The notes beneath the pieces are model-generated. The model was not told the origin of the DNA and did no database searches. It saw only the letters and a list, made by a program, of their open reading frames with translations. Shown here in pieces: positions 58,927 to 64,000 of a stretch of 64,000 nucleotides of DNA. The translations under genes and the position numbers were made by a program. Source of the stretch: an uncultured Gemmatimonadales bacterium (lineage in GTDB: Bacteria > Gemmatimonadota > Gemmatimonadetes > Longimicrobiales > Longimicrobiaceae); the NCBI GenBank assembly GCA_963716255.1, contig OY970303.1, forward strand, positions 8,224,001 through 8,288,000. The letters are read 5' to 3'. How positions within the stretch are numbered: the first letter of the stretch is position 1; the number at the start of each line of letters is the position of its first letter.

Positions 58927-59370
58927 TTACTGCTTGGGCGCGGGGGCCGGGGTCTGCGTCGCCGGGGCGGCCGCGCCGCCCGCGGGCGCCGTGGCCGGCG
59001 CCGTGCCGGCCGCCGGGGTGGCGGCGCCGGGGGCCGGGGTCACGCCCGGAACCGCGGGGGCGGCGCCGGTGCCCAGCGGCGGGGCCGCGGCGGGCTGCGT
59101 CGCCTGGCCGCCGCGGATCACCGAGGAGCGCCGCTCCCCGCGGCCGGTGGACAGGATGGAGAGCGCCAGCGCCAGCACCAGGAACGCCCCGCCGCACCAC
59201 CAGCTCGCCTTGGTCAGCAGCGTCGCCGCCTGGCGGCCGCCGAACAGGGTGTCCGTTCCGGCGCCGCCGCCCATCGCCGCGAGGCCGCCCCCCTTGCCCG
59301 CCTGGAGCAGGACGACGGGAATGAGCAGCAGGGCGTCCAGGATCAGCAGGGCCAGGAGGAAGTAGTACAC
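58927..59370 (-). CDS. secG: Preprotein translocase subunit SecG
   Basis: VLLQAGKGGGLA, LFGGR.A..LLTK; follows tpiA. Confidence 0.95.
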   Translation of the reverse strand: MYYFLLALLILDALLLIPVVLLQAGKGGGLAAMGGGAGTDTLFGGRQAATLLTKASWWCGGAFLVLALALSILSTGRGERRSSVIRGGQATQPAAAPPLGTGAAPAVPGVTPAPGAATPAAGTAPATAPAGGAAAPATQTPAPAPKQ

Positions 59371-59431
59371 GGGTACGCGCGGTTGGAGGGGTTCGCCGGA
59401 AACCTAAAAGCTACGATTCCGCGCCGCCCTG

Positions 59432-60199
59432 TCAACCCATGGCCGTGCAGATGGCCGCGAAGCCCGCCGGGTCCAGGCTCGCGCCGCCCACCAGGACCCC
59501 GTCCACCTCCGGCGCCGCGAGCAGCTCGCGTGCGTTCTCCGGCTTGACGCTCCCCCCGTACAGGATGGGCACCGCCGCGGCCCCCGCCTCCCCGAACGCC
59601 TCGCGCAGCCGCGCCCGCACCTCCGCGTGCATGACCGCCGCGTCCTCCGGCGTCGCCGTCGCCCCCGTGCCGATGGCCCACACCGGCTCGTACGCCACCA
59701 GCAGCCGCGCCGCGTCCTCCGCGGAAAGGCCGGGGAGCACCGCGTCCAGTTGCTCCCGCACCGTGGCCTCCGCGCGGCCGGCGCGCCGCTCCTCGATCTT
59801 CTCGCCCACGCACAGCACCGGGCGAAGCCCCGCGTCCAGCGCCGCCCTCACCTTGCGCGCGGTGTCCTCCGGCGTCTCGCCGAAGACGTGGCGCCGCTCG
59901 CTGTGCCCCACCAGCACCAGCGACGCCCCCGCGTCCGCGGCCATGGGCGCCGACACCTGCCCGGTGAAGGCGCCCTGCGTCTCCCAGTACACGTCCTGCA
60001 CGCCCAGCAGCACGTCCGCGCGCTCCGCCGTGCCCTGCCGCGCAGCGTCCAGCGACACCGCCGGCGGAAAGAAGACCACCGTGCGGTCGCCGTGCTCCGG
60101 GTACGCCGACAGGAAGGCGGAGAAGAAGGCCCGCGTCTCCGTGGGGCCCTTGAACATCTTCCAGTTCCCGGCCAGCACCGGCCGGCGGAGCGCGCTCAC
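59432..60199 (-). CDS. tpiA: Triose-phosphate isomerase
   Basis: GNWKM, GHSERR, AYEPVWAIGTG, LVGGASL. Confidence 0.98.
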   Translation of the reverse strand: MSALRRPVLAGNWKMFKGPTETRAFFSAFLSAYPEHGDRTVVFFPPAVSLDAARQGTAERADVLLGVQDVYWETQGAFTGQVSAPMAADAGASLVLVGHSERRHVFGETPEDTARKVRAALDAGLRPVLCVGEKIEERRAGRAEATVREQLDAVLPGLSAEDAARLLVAYEPVWAIGTGATATPEDAAVMHAEVRARLREAFGEAGAAAVPILYGGSVKPENARELLAAPEVDGVLVGGASLDPAGFAAICTAMG

Positions 60200-61416
60200 G
60201 CGCCCCTCCGCTCGGAGAGCGCCGCCACGCCGGGGAGCGTCTTCCCTTCCAGAAACTCCAGCGATGCCCCGCCGCCCGTGGACACGTGCGAGATGCGCTC
60301 CGCCAGCCCCAGCTCGGCCACCGCCGCCGCCGAGTCGCCGCCGCCCACCACCGTGGTCGCCCCGCGGTCGGTGGCCTCCGCCACGGCGCGGGCCACGCCC
60401 TCCGTGCCCCGTGCGAACTCCGGGATCTCGAACACGCCCATGGGCCCGTTCCAGAGCACCGTCATCGCCCCCGCCAGCACCTCACGGTACGCGTCGGTGG
60501 TGCGCGGCCCCACGTCCAGCACCGAGCGGTCCCCGGGGATCGCCTCGCGCCCCACGACGACGGTCTCCTGCCCGGCCTCCATCCTTGCCGCGACCACGCA
60601 GTCGGTCGGCAGCACCAGCTTGTCGCCGGAGGTGCGGAGCAGCTCGGCCGCCAGCTCCACCCGGTCGTCCTCCACCAGCGAAGTCCCGGTCCCGAGCCCC
60701 ATGGCGCGGAAGAAGGTGTTCGCCATCGCCCCGCCGATCAGCAGGTGGTCCACCCTGGGCAGCAGGTTCTGGATGACGTCGATCTTGCCGGAGATCTTGG
60801 CCCCGCCGATGATGGCGACGAAGGGCCGCCCGGGGTTCTCCACCACCGTTCCCAGGTACTCCAGCTCCTTTTCCATCAGCAGCCCCGCCGCGGCCGGGCG
60901 GCCCTGCTCCCTCATCACCTCGGCCACGCCGGCGGTGGAGGCGTGCGCCCGGTGCGCCGCCCCGAAGGCGTCGTTGACGTACAGGTCGCCCAGCGCGGCC
61001 ATCTGCCGCGCCAGCTCCATGTCGTTCTTTTCCTCGCCGGGGAGGTAGCGGGTGTTCTCCAGCACCAGCACGTCGCCGTCGCCCAGCGCGCGGATGGCCT
61101 GCTCCGCCTGCCCGCCCACGGTCTCGCCCACGAACTCCACCTTCCTGTCCGGCATCAGCTCCCGGAGCCGCAGCGCCGCCGGCCGCAGCGACATCTCGGG
61201 CACGGGCTTTCCCTTGGGCCGTCCGAAGTGGGCCAGGATCACCACCCGTGCGCCCGTTCCGGTGAGCAGCTCCAGGGTGGGGAGGGTGGCCTGGATGCGC
61301 GTGTCGTCGGTGATCTCCAGGCGCTCGTCCAGCGGCACGTTGTAGTCCACGCGCAGGAGGACGCGCTTCCCCTTCAGGTCGCTCTCACCCAGGTCCCGCA
61401 GCGTCAGCTTGTTCAT
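60196..61416 (-). CDS. pgk: Phosphoglycerate kinase
   Basis: RVDYNVP, NDAFGAAHRAHAS, WNGPMGVFE, STGGGASLE. Confidence 0.98.
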   Translation of the reverse strand: MNKLTLRDLGESDLKGKRVLLRVDYNVPLDERLEITDDTRIQATLPTLELLTGTGARVVILAHFGRPKGKPVPEMSLRPAALRLRELMPDRKVEFVGETVGGQAEQAIRALGDGDVLVLENTRYLPGEEKNDMELARQMAALGDLYVNDAFGAAHRAHASTAGVAEVMREQGRPAAAGLLMEKELEYLGTVVENPGRPFVAIIGGAKISGKIDVIQNLLPRVDHLLIGGAMANTFFRAMGLGTGTSLVEDDRVELAAELLRTSGDKLVLPTDCVVAARMEAGQETVVVGREAIPGDRSVLDVGPRTTDAYREVLAGAMTVLWNGPMGVFEIPEFARGTEGVARAVAEATDRGATTVVGGGDSAAAVAELGLAERISHVSTGGGASLEFLEGKTLPGVAALSERRGA

Positions 61417-61460
61417 CGTTGTCGTCGGAGAGTGGTTCTTCGTGTCGGGTCGGGGTCCGT

Positions 61461-61588
61461 GGGCCGCTCCGGAGCCGGACGATACTGCCGTCCGTCTCCT
61501 GCGCGGGCTCCGGGAACCCCGCCAAACTGCCGGCGGGTTTCCCTTCGCCGGAGGGAGCCACCGGAAACGGCCCCGGTGTCTCCCTCCG
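61461..61588 (-). repeat. Triple-hairpin repeat, family A copy 2
   Basis: Reverse complement is colinear with 106-238. Confidence 0.85.
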
Positions 61589-61830
61589 AACAGCTTCTGG
61601 GAACTATGGGAACGGCACCCGCGCCGCGGCATCCGCGCGCCGTGCACGAACTCGCCCGCAACGGCAGCATCCGCCCGGCACTGCGGACTGCTCCCCTCCC
61701 CTGCTTGCGGGGGATTGGAGGGGGCAAGCCGTGGGGGAGGGGGCCCTCGCCGACGCCAGCTCGAACCCGCCCTGCGCGCGCCGTTCGCCGTTCCGCCGTC
61801 GCCGTTCCGCAGTATCCCCCAAATCCGTTG

Positions 61831-61963
61831 CGGAGGGAGACCCGCCGGCTGTTTGGCGGGGCTCCCGCAGCCGGAGCGGAGACAGCGGGGCCGTTTCCGC
61901 TGGCTCCGCGACCCGCGTAGGAAACAGGCCGGCAGTTTGGCCTGGTTCCGGAGCGGCCCCACG
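61831..61963 (+). repeat. Triple-hairpin repeat, family A copy 3
   Basis: Colinear with 106-238; the last ~50 nt are nearly identical. Confidence 0.85.
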
Positions 61964-62007
61964 AACGCCCCCCCCACCGCATGATCCCAGCCCTTGCCGG
62001 AAAACGA

Positions 62008-62037
62008 ATACCCCAGCCCGAAAACGAGCTGGGGTAT
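62008..62037 (-). terminator. Hairpin downstream of gap
   Basis: ATACCCCAGC...GCTGGGGTAT. Confidence 0.55.
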
Positions 62038-62053
62038 CCGCGGACTATGATCT

Positions 62054-63100
<1,047 letters not shown>

Positions 63101-63886
63101 TCACCCCCCGCCCGCGTCCCGCCAGCGCTCCAGCTCCGGGATCGCGCGGGCGAAGGTCGCCACGCTCACCACCCGCGCTCCCGCTTCCAGGAGCGCTTCC
63201 GCGCAGGCCACGGCGGTCGCGCCGGTGGTCCACACGTCGTCCACCAGGAGCAGGTGCTCCCCCCGGACGCCGCCCCGCCGCCCCTCCGGGACGGTGAAAG
63301 CGCCCGCTACGTTAGCCCGCCGCTCATCGGGATGCAAGGCCGTCTGCGTGCCCCCGGAGCGGGTGCGGACGAGCAGCCCGGCATCGCTGGCGCGCCCGGT
63401 CCCGGCGGCGAAGACCTCGGCCAGCAGCGCGGCCTGGTTGTAGCCGCGCTCGCGCACCCGGACCCGGCTGGTGGGCACGGGCACCACCACGCGCGCCTCG
63501 TCGTCCACGTCGCGCGGCCAGGGGAGCGCGGCCATGCGCCGGCCCAGCGGCTCCGCCAGCGCGGACCAGCCGCGGTACTTGAGGGCGTGCACCAGCCTGC
63601 GGGCGGTGTCGCCCATGACGTACGCGGAGCGCACCGCGCGCACCCCCGCCGGCAGGTCGCTGCACGCGGCGCAGCGCGGGCCGGGCTCCTTCGCGGGCGG
63701 GAGCGGGGTCCAGCAGCGGCCGCAGCGCGGCGCGGGCACCTCGCGGATGCGCGACCAGCAGACGCGGCACACCAGCCGCTCCGCGTGCGAGGTGGGCACC
63801 GGGGCGGCGCACGCGGCGCACACGGGCGCGAACACCAGGTCCAGCAGCCCGTCGCGCACGTGGGCGGCGCGGCCGCGCAGGCTCAC
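63101..63886 (-). CDS. comF: ComF-family protein (double zinc ribbon plus PRTase)
   Basis: [30 protein letters not shown]. Confidence 0.92.
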   Translation of the reverse strand: MSLRGRAAHVRDGLLDLVFAPVCAACAAPVPTSHAERLVCRVCWSRIREVPAPRCGRCWTPLPPAKEPGPRCAACSDLPAGVRAVRSAYVMGDTARRLVHALKYRGWSALAEPLGRRMAALPWPRDVDDEARVVVPVPTSRVRVRERGYNQAALLAEVFAAGTGRASDAGLLVRTRSGGTQTALHPDERRANVAGAFTVPEGRRGGVRGEHLLLVDDVWTTGATAVACAEALLEAGARVVSVATFARAIPELERWRDAGGG

Positions 63887-63999
63887 GCGGGCCTCCCGCG
63901 CGGCGGGAGCGCGGCGCGCATGGCATCCAGCGGCGCGGGAATCCCCCACCAGCGCTCGAAGGCGGCGGCGCCCTGCCGCAACAGCATCTCCAGCCCGTC
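63883..63999 (-). CDS. aroE: Shikimate dehydrogenase, C-terminal part (runs off the window)
   Basis: Manual translation [19 protein letters not shown]. Confidence 0.85.
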   Translation of the reverse strand, partial: DGLEMLLRQGAAAFERWWGIPAPLDAMRAALPPRGRPA

Positions 64000-64000
64000 G

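Overview
This is a GC-rich bacterial chromosome segment, probably Gemmatimonadota/Longimicrobium-like (inferred from gene content, not verified). Host genes flank a ~48 kb decayed integrative-conjugative island (about 4446-52618). On the left are parA/parB and an ECF42-type sigma with a YciI/DGPF partner. On the right are rpe, rpiA, two tandem outer-membrane paralogs, secG-tpiA-pgk-gap, comF and aroE. Three observations stand out. (1) The island has split a host tRNA-Leu gene in its anticodon loop: the 5' half lies at 52626-52657 and the 3' half at 4396-4438. It did not regenerate that gene, but carries a complete, differently coded tRNA-Leu(UAA) at 52442-52522, plus an identical 22-bp arm-like repeat near each end. 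(2) About 17 island promoters share an oriented 15-bp direct-repeat box (CAAnnnCGTCCAAGA) 19-20 nt before a -10-like hexamer. This suggests an island-wide regulon, plausibly of the island AraC protein, covering a sulfatase/FGE/HAD/porin cargo. (3) Host intergenic DNA holds two related families of multi-hairpin repeats whose stems vary in sequence but stay complementary around a conserved GCNGTTT loop; I saw none inside the island. The island's integrase, virB10, virD4 and traF appear truncated. All protein calls come from motif recognition only; no database searches were run.
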